The notes below the pieces were generated by a model. It was given only the letters and a program-made list of their open reading frames with translations. It ran no database searches and was not told where the DNA came from. A stretch of 64,000 nucleotides of DNA. It comes from an uncultured Nanoarchaeota archaeon (lineage in GTDB: Archaea; Nanobdellota; Nanobdellia; Pacearchaeales; GW2011-AR1). Below are positions 37,824 to 48,324 of the stretch, in pieces (within the stretch, counting starts at the first letter, position 1; each line of letters starts with the position of its first letter). Where the stretch lies: positions 34,974 to 98,973 of the forward strand of contig CAVZZS010000011.1 in assembly GCA_963779925.1 (NCBI GenBank). Reading direction: 5' to 3'. The position numbers were made by a program, and so were the translations under genes.

Positions 37824-38314
37824 AAAAAGTATTTAATCGAAGAAGGGAAGGGAAAACCGACTACGGCAAGAGAATAAAATTGCTTAGCGGAGGCATCCCA
37901 AGAGTTGTCTTCAGAAAAACTAACCGATATATAATCGCGCAATATGTCATATCAAAAGAAGCAAAAGATAAGATAGAAATCGGTTTGACTTCAAAAAATC
38001 TTGAAAAGTACGGATGGCCAAAAGAATTTGAAGGAAGCTTAAAGTCAATCTCTGCCGCTTATCTTACTGGATTTTTAATGGGGAAAAAAATTTTGAAAGA
38101 AAAGAAAGAAAAACCAATTTTTGACATCGGCATGACCTCTTCAACGCATAAAACAAAACCATATGCTTTCCTTAAGGGACTTATTGATGCAGGACTAAAA
38201 CTGGATCATGATGCAAAAATATTTCCTGAAGAAAACAGAATTAAAGGAAAACATATGAAGAAAGATTTTTCACCTTTATATGAAAAAATTAAATTGAATA
38301 TCGAGAAAGAATAA
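37820..38314 (+). CDS. rpl18: 50S ribosomal protein L18
   Basis: RRREGKTDY, AAYLTG. Confidence 0.96.
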   Translation: MKKVFNRRREGKTDYGKRIKLLSGGIPRVVFRKTNRYIIAQYVISKEAKDKIEIGLTSKNLEKYGWPKEFEGSLKSISAAYLTGFLMGKKILKEKKEKPIFDIGMTSSTHKTKPYAFLKGLIDAGLKLDHDAKIFPEENRIKGKHMKKDFSPLYEKIKLNIEKE

Positions 38315-39132
38315 TGGCTGAAAAAGAAAGCAAGAGATTCGAGATAAAAAAAGAAGATTACGACGCTCCTGTAGCTGACGCTGCAGAGAAGATTATAGAA
38401 AAAGACATAAATGCCGGCGAAGAAGAATTAGACGAAGAAATAGAAAAAGAATTAGAAGGAAAAGAATATATTGCACCCGAAGAAAAATCAATCAGAAATG
38501 AATTTTTGTCCTGGACTCCAAAGACTAAACTGGGAAGAGAAGTCAAGGAAGGAAAGATAAAAAACATTGATGAAATTCTGGACAACAATATTAAGATTCT
38601 TGAAGATAAAATCGTTGATTCTTTAATGAATTTGAAATCAGACTTAAGCTCTGTCGGACAATCTAAAGGTAAATTTGGCGGCGGAAAAAGAAGAGCATGG
38701 AGACAGACCCAGAAAAAAACAAAAGAAGGCAATGTCCCAAACTTCTCTGCACTTGCAATTGTCGGCGATGAAAATGGGCATATAGGAGTCGGAGACGGAA
38801 AAGCTAAAGAAACTCTGCCTGCAAGAGACAAAGCTGTAAGAAAGGCCAAGCTTAATTTGATAAAAATCAGAAGGGCCTGTGGAAGTTTTGACTGCTCCTG
38901 CTCAGAAGAACATTCAATTCCTATGAAAGTTATGGGAAGATCCGGAAGTGTAAGAGTAATCTTAATACCCGCACCTCAAGGAACAGGATTAGTTGTCGCA
39001 GATGAATTAAAGAAGGTACTGCAACTAGCAGGAGTGAAAGATGTTTATAGCAAAACATTCGGCAAGAAGCAAACAACATTCAATTTAGTTAAAGCATGCA
39101 TGAATGCATTGGAGAAAACAAACACAAAATGA
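38314..39132 (+). CDS. rps5: 30S ribosomal protein S5 (acidic N-terminal extension)
   Basis: WTPKTKLG, VGDENGHIG, PAPQGTGLV. Confidence 0.96.
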   Translation: MAEKESKRFEIKKEDYDAPVADAAEKIIEKDINAGEEELDEEIEKELEGKEYIAPEEKSIRNEFLSWTPKTKLGREVKEGKIKNIDEILDNNIKILEDKIVDSLMNLKSDLSSVGQSKGKFGGGKRRAWRQTQKKTKEGNVPNFSALAIVGDENGHIGVGDGKAKETLPARDKAVRKAKLNLIKIRRACGSFDCSCSEEHSIPMKVMGRSGSVRVILIPAPQGTGLVVADELKKVLQLAGVKDVYSKTFGKKQTTFNLVKACMNALEKTNTK

Positions 39133-39548
39133 TATGCCTTATAAGAATCAAAGGAGAAGTGGGATTAAGGAGAGATGTAGAGGAAACCTTGAATAGATTG
39201 AGGCTTAAAAGAAAATATTCCTGCGTTGTAATGGCTCATCCAAAAGAAGAACAATTGGGCATGATTAAAAAAGTTAAAGATTTTATAGCATTTGGCGAAA
39301 TAAATGAAGGAACATTTGAAAAACTAGTTGAAAAAAGAGGACAAATAATTGACAAATCAAAAAAGATTAATGCTAAAGAGATCGCAAAGGAAATTGAAAA
39401 AGGAAAGAGGTATGAAGAATTAAATTTGAAGCCTTTTTTCAGATTGCATCCACCAAGAGGGGGAATAAAGAGCAAATATCATTTTCCACAAGGAGTTTTA
39501 GGAAATCACAAAGAAAAAATAAATGAATTACTGGAGAGAATGCTATGA
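39129..39548 (+). CDS. rpl30: 50S ribosomal protein L30
   Basis: LIRIKG, FRLHPPRGG; ATG at 39129. Confidence 0.95.
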   Translation: MICLIRIKGEVGLRRDVEETLNRLRLKRKYSCVVMAHPKEEQLGMIKKVKDFIAFGEINEGTFEKLVEKRGQIIDKSKKINAKEIAKEIEKGKRYEELNLKPFFRLHPPRGGIKSKYHFPQGVLGNHKEKINELLERML

Positions 39549-40018
39549 TAAAGACACATAAGAAAAGAAAAACAGGAAAGTACAGAGGAAAGAGAGCCGG
39601 AACCTATGGCTGGGGAGCAAGAAAAAAGCATAAGAAAAGCGGACATAGAGGTGGAAAAGGAATGGCCGGAACCGGTAAGCGAGGAGATCAGAAAAAAACA
39701 TTAGTTCAAGCCCTTTACGGAAATGACTATTTCGGAAAGCAGGGAGTCACAAGCAGGGGAACACAAAAAGACAAATCAAATAAAATTAATTTAGCAGATA
39801 TTGAAAGAAATCTTGATAGCTATATAAATAAGGGAATTGCAAAAAAAACAAGCAAAGGAATTGAAATTGACTTAGGTTCTTATAAAATACTGGGAGATGG
39901 AAATATAAAGAATAAGCTTTTTATAAAATCAAGGAGCGCATCAAAAACTGCAGAAGAAAAAATTAAAAAAAGCGGTGGCGAGATTTTTATAAAGGAAAAC
40001 GCTGATATAGAGGCATAA
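39545..40018 (+). CDS. rpl15: 50S ribosomal protein L15
   Basis: GHRGGKGMAG, KILGDG, KIKKSGG. Confidence 0.96.
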   Translation: MIKTHKKRKTGKYRGKRAGTYGWGARKKHKKSGHRGGKGMAGTGKRGDQKKTLVQALYGNDYFGKQGVTSRGTQKDKSNKINLADIERNLDSYINKGIAKKTSKGIEIDLGSYKILGDGNIKNKLFIKSRSASKTAEEKIKKSGGEIFIKENADIEA

Positions 40019-40019
40019 A

Positions 40020-41456
40020 ATGGATTTTAGAGGGATCCTCAAATTTATTCCAGAGGTCAAATCTCCTGAAGAGAAAAAACTTAGCTTTGGAGAGAAAGCT
40101 AAGTGGACGATTATTGTCTTGCTTTCATTTTTTATTCTTACAAATATTCCTCTTTTTGGATTATCTGCTAATGCCTTATCAAGATTTCAATATCTTGCTA
40201 TAATTCTTGGAACAAACTTTGGTAGCATAATCTCCTTGGGAATTGGGCCTATTGTCATGGCCTCTGTTATCCTGCAATTGCTTGCAGGTTCCGGAATTCT
40301 GAATATAGATACGACAAATGCTGAAGGAAGAAGATTTTTCCAGGGGCTTCAGAAATTGCTCACCTTCTTCTTCATAATCTTTGAAGCAGTAGTTTATGTA
40401 TTAATGCAAGGATTGCAAGCAACCCCTGGTTTTGCATGGCTAGTGATCTTCCAACTTATACTTGGAGGTATCGCAATCTACTATATGGATGAACTAGTTG
40501 GCAAATGGGGACTAGGCCAGGGAATAAGTTTGTTCATCGCAGCAGGCGTTTCATGGAGGCTTATAACAAGTTCGCTACAATTTATAGATCAACAGGGAAG
40601 AAATTGCCTTCTTAATTTCTCCACTGTTCCTTGCTCTGGAAAGATTTTGGTTTTAATACAATCTCTAGTAACAAAACAAAATGTTGAATTAGTATCTGCA
40701 GCTGCAGCCATTCTTGTAACTATCGGTATATTTTTATTAGTTATTTGGGCACAGAGCTTGAAAGTTGAAATTCCATTATCTTTTGGAAGAATAAGAGGAT
40801 ATACCGTAAAACAGCCATTAGCATTTTTCTATGCTTCAGTTATTCCAGTCATCTTAACCGCAGCTTTAGTCGCGAATGTACAATTATTTGGAGGAATCTT
40901 CGAAAATGCAGCGACAGCTTGTTTATCGGGAGGGACATGTACTGGACTTGCCAGGTTTGCTTCGCATTTCACATTCTTAGGTCATTTTGTGCAGGGACAG
41001 GCTGTTTCTGGATTTGCATTCTGGATCGGATCCACTAATATTCTTGACCTATTAATCAGGGGGGGATTCCTTCCACAATATATTTTACAAGGAATTATCC
41101 ATGCATTATTCTTCATGACATTTTCTACACTATTCGCCGTATTCTGGGTCAAGACATCAGGTATGGATGCTAAGTCACAAGCACATAAAATTGCAGCTTC
41201 TGGTTTGCAAGTTGCCGGATTCAGACAAGATGAAAGAGTTTTAGAAACAATTCTTGATAGATACGTCATGCCTTTGACTGTGATGGGGGGAATAGCAATT
41301 GGGCTTTTGGCTTCTGTAACGGATTTGATGGGTGCTTTAGTTTCTGGAACATCAATCTTGCTGGTAATTATGATTACAAATCAGTTCTATCAAAGCATTG
41401 CGCAGCAACATCCAGAGATAATAAATCCCTCTTTAGGAAAATTTGTTAAGGGTTAA
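40020..41456 (+). CDS. secY: Protein translocase subunit SecY
   Basis: LGIGPIV, KWGLGQGISLFIAAG, GFRQD, SGTSILL. Confidence 0.97.
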   Translation: MDFRGILKFIPEVKSPEEKKLSFGEKAKWTIIVLLSFFILTNIPLFGLSANALSRFQYLAIILGTNFGSIISLGIGPIVMASVILQLLAGSGILNIDTTNAEGRRFFQGLQKLLTFFFIIFEAVVYVLMQGLQATPGFAWLVIFQLILGGIAIYYMDELVGKWGLGQGISLFIAAGVSWRLITSSLQFIDQQGRNCLLNFSTVPCSGKILVLIQSLVTKQNVELVSAAAAILVTIGIFLLVIWAQSLKVEIPLSFGRIRGYTVKQPLAFFYASVIPVILTAALVANVQLFGGIFENAATACLSGGTCTGLARFASHFTFLGHFVQGQAVSGFAFWIGSTNILDLLIRGGFLPQYILQGIIHALFFMTFSTLFAVFWVKTSGMDAKSQAHKIAASGLQVAGFRQDERVLETILDRYVMPLTVMGGIAIGLLASVTDLMGALVSGTSILLVIMITNQFYQSIAQQHPEIINPSLGKFVKG

Positions 41457-41487
41457 CTTTTAAAAACCAATCTGATTAGTAGATAAC

Positions 41488-42021
41488 ATGAATAAAGAAG
41501 GAAGTTATGCCCCGATATTTATTATAATGGCTCTGTCCATTTTAATTGCAGGTTTCTGGAACCAGATTCCATACCTTAAATCTTCAATAGATTATGTTTT
41601 GAATCCGACTGCAGGATGGCTTTTAAGTTGGAATAAGACTATTGGGATGTTGCTAGTTGTCTTCATCATTTCCCTTATATCAATATTAGTACAAAAATAT
41701 GCTACAGATCAAAAACAGCTTAAAGAATTAAGAAAGGAACAAAAACTTCTTCAGGAAGAAATGAAAAAATTCAAAGAACATCCTGAAAAATTAATGGAAT
41801 TGCAGAAAAAGCAAATGGCATTTCTTCCGCAAACAATGAAGCTCAGCACAAGGGCCATATTATTCACCGGTGTCCCTTTCATCTTACTTTTTAGATGGTT
41901 TAATGATTATTTTGTTGCAAGCCCCTATAATTTCTTAGGTTTCATCTCTTGGTTTTGGTTTTATCTGATTTTCACATTGATATTTACTGCAATTCTAAGA
42001 AAAGTGCTGGATGTAGTTTAA
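41488..42021 (+). CDS. EMC3/TMCO1 (Oxa1 superfamily, DUF106) membrane insertase
   Basis: TM, coiled coil, TM, WFWFY; usual position downstream of secY. Confidence 0.85.
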   Translation: MNKEGSYAPIFIIMALSILIAGFWNQIPYLKSSIDYVLNPTAGWLLSWNKTIGMLLVVFIISLISILVQKYATDQKQLKELRKEQKLLQEEMKKFKEHPEKLMELQKKQMAFLPQTMKLSTRAILFTGVPFILLFRWFNDYFVASPYNFLGFISWFWFYLIFTLIFTAILRKVLDVV

Positions 42022-42054
42022 GAAGATTTAAAAGTAATTTAATTTCTTAAAATA

Positions 42055-42432
42055 ATGGAAAATCAAGAAATTGTCTTCAAATTGGGAATGCTTGAACAAC
42101 AATTGCAGGCTGTAGACAGAGGAATCACTGAACTTGAATCTTTGAATCTTGGATTGGATGAGATTAAGGGTTCTAAGGATAAAGAAATTTTTGCCCAAAT
42201 TGGAAGGGGAATTTACATTAAAGCAAAAATTATCTCGGAAGAATTAACAGTCAATATTGGAGAAAACAATTTTGTAAACCGGGATGTTTCTGAAACAAAG
42301 AAATTAATTATAGACCAGATAAAAAGATTAAAAGACGTCGAAGTAGAATTGGAAAAAAATATTGAGACTACCAATAATGAATTTCTCATAATAGTTCAAG
42401 AATATCAAAAACAGGAAAAATCAGAGCAATAA
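42055..42432 (+). CDS. pfdA: Prefoldin alpha subunit
   Basis: EIFAQIGRGIYIKA...VNIG beta-hairpins between coiled coils. Confidence 0.88.
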   Translation: MENQEIVFKLGMLEQQLQAVDRGITELESLNLGLDEIKGSKDKEIFAQIGRGIYIKAKIISEELTVNIGENNFVNRDVSETKKLIIDQIKRLKDVEVELEKNIETTNNEFLIIVQEYQKQEKSEQ

Positions 42433-42461
42433 TTTAAAAATTCTGCTACTATCATTCTGGA

Positions 42462-43316
42462 ATGTTAGAGTCTTTAATTAATCCAAGAAAAGCTGAAAGA
42501 AAACCTTGGGAAATGTTTTTTATTGGTTTAATTTATGCTTCTCTTTCTTTGCTCCTTGTCCATTGGTTTTTTTCAAGCGATGCCGTTTTATCGCAATATT
42601 CTGGTATTCTGATTGTAACTTTTTGTGTAATGTTCTCTTTGCCTTTTATGTATTTTATAATAAGAAGGGAAGAAAATAATGATGAAGTGGAAGAAGGCAG
42701 CGTGTGGAATATTCACAAAGATGCCATTTATGCTTTAATGTGGCTATTCCTTGGATTCATAGTCGCTTTTTCTTTTTGGTACATCATTCTTCAAGATAAT
42801 AGTCTATTTAATGCACAAGTCGGAATCTATTGCTCAATAAACAGCCCAAACAATGTAAATAGCTGCATTACACAATATCTTCCTGCAAACCAGATTAGCG
42901 GAGCTGCAAGCACGGCAAATCCGATTCAGTTTATCTCAATTTTAGAAAATAACATGTTTGTGATGATATTTACATTATTACTATCTTTGGTCTTTGGAGC
43001 GGGGGCCATCTTTATTTTGGCATGGAATGCTAGCGTCATCTCTGCAAGCATAGGAATTTTCACAAAGTATAACTTAATTGACATCCCTCTTGGCATTGCG
43101 AGATATATGATCCATGGTTTTCCCGAGATTACTGCATATTTCATTGCAGCGTTAGCGGGGGGAATTTTTGGCGTCGGAATTGCAAGACACGGAATAAAAA
43201 ATAAAATGTTTGTAAAAGTCACTCAACATGCCGCAGTATTGATTTTAATATCAATTGCTTTGCTAATTATCGCTGGATTGATGGAAGTTTATCTAACTCC
43301 TCTTTTGTTTCATTAA
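42462..43316 (+). CDS. SpoIIM/DUF95-family membrane protein
   Basis: ILENN, LAWNAS, IHGFPE, AGLMEVY. Confidence 0.8.
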   Translation: MLESLINPRKAERKPWEMFFIGLIYASLSLLLVHWFFSSDAVLSQYSGILIVTFCVMFSLPFMYFIIRREENNDEVEEGSVWNIHKDAIYALMWLFLGFIVAFSFWYIILQDNSLFNAQVGIYCSINSPNNVNSCITQYLPANQISGAASTANPIQFISILENNMFVMIFTLLLSLVFGAGAIFILAWNASVISASIGIFTKYNLIDIPLGIARYMIHGFPEITAYFIAALAGGIFGVGIARHGIKNKMFVKVTQHAAVLILISIALLIIAGLMEVYLTPLLFH

Positions 43317-43346
43317 CTTTAAAAGCGAAAAAATATTCTGAAGATT

Positions 43347-44351
43347 ATGGTTGAGCCTTTATTATTTGGAACAATCTTAATCAGTTTTTTTGTAACTCTT
43401 TTGATTATGCCTCTTTGGATTAAAAAGGCAAAACAAATCGGATTGATCTGGGAAGATATGAATAAGCCGCATAGAGAAAAGAATGTCGCAAGCTCTGGGG
43501 GGGTTATTGTTATCCTTGGAACTCTTGTAGGTGTTTTTCTATATATCGCGATTAGAACATTTTATTTCAAATCATCTGATGGCGGAACTTTAGTTGATAT
43601 TTTTGCAATAATCAGCTCTCTATTTCTGGTAACTGGAGTTGGTTTAATCGATGATTTATTTGGCTGGAAAAAAGGGGGCATGTCAATCCGTTCTAGGCTA
43701 ATTTTAATCTTATTCTCAGCAGTTCCCCTAATGGTGATTAATGCAGGGAACTCCTCAGTAATGGGGATTAATATCGGTCTTTTATATCCTTTATTGGCGA
43801 TTCCAATCGGTGTTGTTGGTGCAACTACAACTTATAATTTTTTGGCAGGATATAATGGATTAGAGGCAAGACAGGGAATTTTAATTTTATCTGCACTTGC
43901 ATTTGTTGCTTACTTGCATGGAGAAAGTTGGCTTAGCCTTATCGCATTAATCATGGTTGCTTCCTTATTCGCCTTTTATTTATTTAATAGATATCCCTCA
44001 AAAGTATTCCCGGGAGACGTAATGACTTATTCAATTGGTATGATGATTGCTGCAATAGCTGTTTTAGGGGGATTGGAATTAATTGCCATCTTATTCTTTA
44101 TACCTTATATTATAGAAACGATATTAAAATCGAGAGGCAGATTGAAGAAGTATAGCTTCGGCAAACCCAATGATGATGGAACTCTAGATTTGGCATATGA
44201 TAAAATTTATGGATTAGAACATTTGGCAATTAAAATACTGAAAAAAATAAAGCCTAGCCATAAAGTATATGAAAGAGATGTTGTCAATTTAATAAACGGG
44301 TTTCAGTTAATAATAATTATATTAACTTTAATTATTACTAATAATCTTTGA
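43347..44351 (+). CDS. MraY/GPT-family UDP-HexNAc:polyprenyl-P HexNAc-1-P transferase (AglH-like)
   Basis: DMNK, GLIDDL, NFLAGYNGLE, FNRYPSKVFPGD. Confidence 0.9.
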   Translation: MVEPLLFGTILISFFVTLLIMPLWIKKAKQIGLIWEDMNKPHREKNVASSGGVIVILGTLVGVFLYIAIRTFYFKSSDGGTLVDIFAIISSLFLVTGVGLIDDLFGWKKGGMSIRSRLILILFSAVPLMVINAGNSSVMGINIGLLYPLLAIPIGVVGATTTYNFLAGYNGLEARQGILILSALAFVAYLHGESWLSLIALIMVASLFAFYLFNRYPSKVFPGDVMTYSIGMMIAAIAVLGGLELIAILFFIPYIIETILKSRGRLKKYSFGKPNDDGTLDLAYDKIYGLEHLAIKILKKIKPSHKVYERDVVNLINGFQLIIIILTLIITNNL

Positions 44352-44391
44352 GTTTTCATAATCTTTTTAAATGAATTAACTATATAGCATA

Positions 44392-47145
44392 ATGCCAGAC
44401 GAAGAAATAAAAATTAGCCTTAATAAGACAAAAGAGACTTTTCGTAAGGTTTTGAAATTTTTTGAGCAAAAAAAGTTAATAACAATTCTATCATTATCCC
44501 TTCTTTTAATAATTCTAATTATTGGGATTTTTATGAGACTGCAAAATTTGCCCTTGCTTGTAGATCATACAACGGGACAATATGTACCACAACTGGAGTT
44601 AGATGCTTTTTATTGGCTAAGAGAAGCCGCAATAATCTTACAGACAGGCCATCTTCCCCTTGTCGATACCCTTAGAGTTGGTGCAGGAAATATCTCCTTT
44701 TCTCCAGAAATACTCCCTTCTGTTTTAGTTGATGTGTATAAATTTGTTCATTTATTTAATTCATCCATAACATTAAATTTTATTGACGTAATTTATCCCG
44801 TGGCCGCATTTGGCATAGGCCTTATTATTTTCTATTTCTTGGTTTACAAATTAACACGGTCTAAATTAACTGCCGTGATAAGTGCTTTGTTCTTAACCGT
44901 AATACCGACTTATTTTTATAGAACGACTACCGGTTTTGCAGATCACGATGCTTTTGGATTTATGATCTTCTTTTCTATCCTCTTAGTATATACTCTCTCA
45001 CTTATATGGCTCAATAAAAAAGATGAAGAAAGAAAAATTAAGACGAATAAATTATTAATCGGCATATTACTTGGCGCGTTGGTAGGTTTCTTTACCGCTT
45101 TGACTATTGCAAGCTGGGGGGGAATATCGTTGTTTATCCCAATGATTATTCCATTAAGTTTCTTTGCATTTTGGCTAATTAAAATCAAAAGTTTAGAGAC
45201 AGAGAAAAAAGAACTGCCTAAATTTTTATTGTTTTATATCTCTTTTGCGATCTTTAGTCTAATTTTTGCTTTGATGTTTAATTTTCCATTGAGTGATATA
45301 TTAAATAGGATTTTTATAAATCCAACGAGTTTTTTACTGGGCTTTGTTCTTTTATTTAGCCTTTTTGATTTTTTAATCATAAAGTTTATGGATAAAATTC
45401 CAATAAAAAATATAAAGAAACATCATGTTTTATGGGCTATAATCTTTTCCGGGTTAGTCGGATTTATTTTCTTAGCTATTCAGGGGGATTTATCTTCATT
45501 TATTTCTAGCATTTCTACCCAAATTGTAACTCCTTTTGGCACGGATAGACTTACAGTCACCGTTGCAGAAGACAGGCAAACATTCACCACAGATTGGATC
45601 TCACAAGTAGGAAGCATCTTCTTTTGGTTATTTTTTGCGGGATTAATTACTTTTGGGATTAATCTATCAAAGAGTATAAAAGAAAAGAAAAGAAAAATAG
45701 GTTTTGTTTTATTATGGGTTTTATTGGTCTCAGCGCTATTACTCGGTCGATATTCACAGTCTAGTTCTGTTTTGAATGGAGGATTTTTCAGCAAACTACT
45801 TTTATTCGGCAGCATCCTTATATTTTCAATTTATTGCTTTAGGATTTATATTAAGGATCATCTTGAGATACGCCCAGAATTATTAATATTATTTGCCACA
45901 ACAATTATCATGCTTGTGGCTGCAAACACCGCTGCATATGTAATGTCCATTGTAAGTCCTTTCGCTTGCATATTTGTTGGATATCTAGTCTATAATCTTG
46001 GAAGCTATTTCAAAAATGGAAAAGATGACTTGTTAAAAATGATCTTAGGCCTCTTATTAATCGGTGCAATCGTGGCAACTGCATTCAGTTTTGTTGCATT
46101 ATACAATGCTTCCTCATATCAAGCAAAAAATACGGGGATTGGCACTTATGGCGCGCAATGGGATGATGCAATGGCTTGGGTAAGAAATAATACGCCTATT
46201 AACTCTATATTTGTACATTGGTGGGATTATGGATATGACCTTGAATTTTTAGCACAGAGGCCTACACTCTCCGATGGAGGGCATTTCGAAGGGACATTTA
46301 GAGATAATCTAATCGGAAGATATGTCTTAACCGAAACAAATCCGAATCTTGCCCTTAGCTTTATGAAATCAAATAATGTTTCTTATCTTCTAATAGATCC
46401 TACAGATTTAGGAAAATATCCTGCTTACTCTCTTATTGGAAGTGATACCTCCTTAAGCGATAGAGCATCATCCCTTCCAGTAATGGTTTCAGATCCAAGC
46501 CAAACACAGACTGCTAATAATACTACAACAAGAATTTATCAGAATGTTGTCCCAACAGACCAGGATATAGTCTATAATACTTCTCAAGGACCAATCTTTT
46601 TACCTCAGGGGCAAGCATATGTAGTCGGGATTATATTGCAATCAAACACCAATTCATCGACAAATGCAATTTCCTTCTCGCAGCCACAAGAGGTTTTATA
46701 TTACAATAACCAGCAAATAAGAGTTCCTTTGAGATATTTATATTTCAATAATAGATTAGTCGATTTTGGAAGCGGATATGTTGGCGCCACATATGTTCTC
46801 CCAACACTTGGACAAAATGCAGCAGGCAGTATCCAGATAGACAGCTTTGGCTCTGTGATTTATCTTTCTCCAAAAGCCTTTGGAAGCTTATTTGCGCAAC
46901 TCTATTTGATGAATGACCCATTCAATGAATATCCTACAGTAACATTGGCCCATTCTCAGGATGATTCAATGATACAAAGCTTAAAAGCCCAGGGGTTCAC
47001 AGGAGATTTTGTTTATTACAATGGTTTTGATGGTCCAATAAAAATCTGGAAAACAGATTATCCCTCCAATATTCTTTCTAAATCCGAGTTTACTCAAACT
47101 TCGGGAGTATATGGTGGCTTTGATAATTTGACGGTCACGTCTTAA
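44392..47145 (+). CDS. aglB: Oligosaccharyltransferase AglB (STT3)
   Basis: ELDAFY, GFADHD, TVAE, WWDYG. Confidence 0.95.
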   Translation: MPDEEIKISLNKTKETFRKVLKFFEQKKLITILSLSLLLIILIIGIFMRLQNLPLLVDHTTGQYVPQLELDAFYWLREAAIILQTGHLPLVDTLRVGAGNISFSPEILPSVLVDVYKFVHLFNSSITLNFIDVIYPVAAFGIGLIIFYFLVYKLTRSKLTAVISALFLTVIPTYFYRTTTGFADHDAFGFMIFFSILLVYTLSLIWLNKKDEERKIKTNKLLIGILLGALVGFFTALTIASWGGISLFIPMIIPLSFFAFWLIKIKSLETEKKELPKFLLFYISFAIFSLIFALMFNFPLSDILNRIFINPTSFLLGFVLLFSLFDFLIIKFMDKIPIKNIKKHHVLWAIIFSGLVGFIFLAIQGDLSSFISSISTQIVTPFGTDRLTVTVAEDRQTFTTDWISQVGSIFFWLFFAGLITFGINLSKSIKEKKRKIGFVLLWVLLVSALLLGRYSQSSSVLNGGFFSKLLLFGSILIFSIYCFRIYIKDHLEIRPELLILFATTIIMLVAANTAAYVMSIVSPFACIFVGYLVYNLGSYFKNGKDDLLKMILGLLLIGAIVATAFSFVALYNASSYQAKNTGIGTYGAQWDDAMAWVRNNTPINSIFVHWWDYGYDLEFLAQRPTLSDGGHFEGTFRDNLIGRYVLTETNPNLALSFMKSNNVSYLLIDPTDLGKYPAYSLIGSDTSLSDRASSLPVMVSDPSQTQTANNTTTRIYQNVVPTDQDIVYNTSQGPIFLPQGQAYVVGIILQSNTNSSTNAISFSQPQEVLYYNNQQIRVPLRYLYFNNRLVDFGSGYVGATYVLPTLGQNAAGSIQIDSFGSVIYLSPKAFGSLFAQLYLMNDPFNEYPTVTLAHSQDDSMIQSLKAQGFTGDFVYYNGFDGPIKIWKTDYPSNILSKSEFTQTSGVYGGFDNLTVTS

Positions 47146-47234
47146 AAGTCAAATCTCAGTATTCAAATTCACAAAGTTTAATTCTATATCTAAATTTAAT
47201 AAAACTTATAAAGGGAATTATATCACATCAATTT

Positions 47235-48323
47235 ATGATAGATGGAAAGAAGGTTGCATTAATTTTTGGTATAAGTGGACAAGATGGAAGCTATCTTGCA
47301 GAATTGCTTCTTGAAAAAGGGTATTATGTAAGAGGAGTTATAAGAAGAGCAAGTTTTCCAAATACAAAAAGAATTGATCATTTAGATAAATATGATACAC
47401 AACTTGGAAAAACAGAACAGTCTCCCTTTTTTCTGCTCTATGGGGATTTATCCGATTCTTCTAGTATAAGAAATGTTTTAGAAAAAATTAATCCAGATGA
47501 AATTTATAATATGGGGGCCCAAAGCCATGTTGGAATAAGTTTTGAGAATCCTGAATCTACACTCAATTATAATGCCTTAGGTCCATTAAGAATCCTAGAA
47601 GCTATAAGAGATATGAATTTAAAATGCAAATATTACCAAGCTTCTTCAAGTGAAATGTTTGGAATTTCGCCTCCTCCCCAAAATGAATGGACTCCGATGA
47701 TTCCACAAAGTCCGTATGGTATTTCTAAATTAGCAGCATATCATTTAACCAGGATGTATAGAAAAGCTTATGGAATTTTTGCTTCAAATGGTATCTTATT
47801 TAATCATGAATCTCCGAGAAGAGGATTGAATTTTGTAACGAGAAAAGTCACTTTAGGTATTGCAAAAATAATTGTTGGAGAAGAAAAAGATCTTTCTCTA
47901 GGAAATCTAGATGCTAAAAGGGACTGGGGATTCTCTAAAGAATATGTTGAAGCTATCTGGAGAATATTGCAACATGATGTGCCCGATGATTTTGTTATAG
48001 CAACGAAAGAAACTCATTCTGTGAGAGAATTTGTCGAAGAAGCTTTTAGATTACTTGGATTAAATTGGGAAGATTTCGTTAAAGTAAGTGACAATTACAA
48101 AAGACCAGCAGAGGTTCCAGCATTGCTTGGCGATTCTTCAAAGGCAAAAAATATACTAAACTGGGAGCCAAAAGTAAAATTCAAGGAATTAGTAAAAATG
48201 ATGATTGCTTCAGATTTAAAAGAAAAGATGAAAGAGAAAGGAATTGTTCCTATGAATGAAGAACAGCCAGATGATTTCTATATTGAAAAGGGAAGAGAGT
48301 TAGCAAGGGGATTAATCAAGTAA
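47235..48323 (+). CDS. gmd: GDP-mannose 4,6-dehydratase family
   Basis: GISGQDGSYL, AQSHV, YGISK, FNHESPRRG, RDWG. Confidence 0.93.
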   Translation: MIDGKKVALIFGISGQDGSYLAELLLEKGYYVRGVIRRASFPNTKRIDHLDKYDTQLGKTEQSPFFLLYGDLSDSSSIRNVLEKINPDEIYNMGAQSHVGISFENPESTLNYNALGPLRILEAIRDMNLKCKYYQASSSEMFGISPPPQNEWTPMIPQSPYGISKLAAYHLTRMYRKAYGIFASNGILFNHESPRRGLNFVTRKVTLGIAKIIVGEEKDLSLGNLDAKRDWGFSKEYVEAIWRILQHDVPDDFVIATKETHSVREFVEEAFRLLGLNWEDFVKVSDNYKRPAEVPALLGDSSKAKNILNWEPKVKFKELVKMMIASDLKEKMKEKGIVPMNEEQPDDFYIEKGRELARGLIK

Positions 48324-48324
48324 T

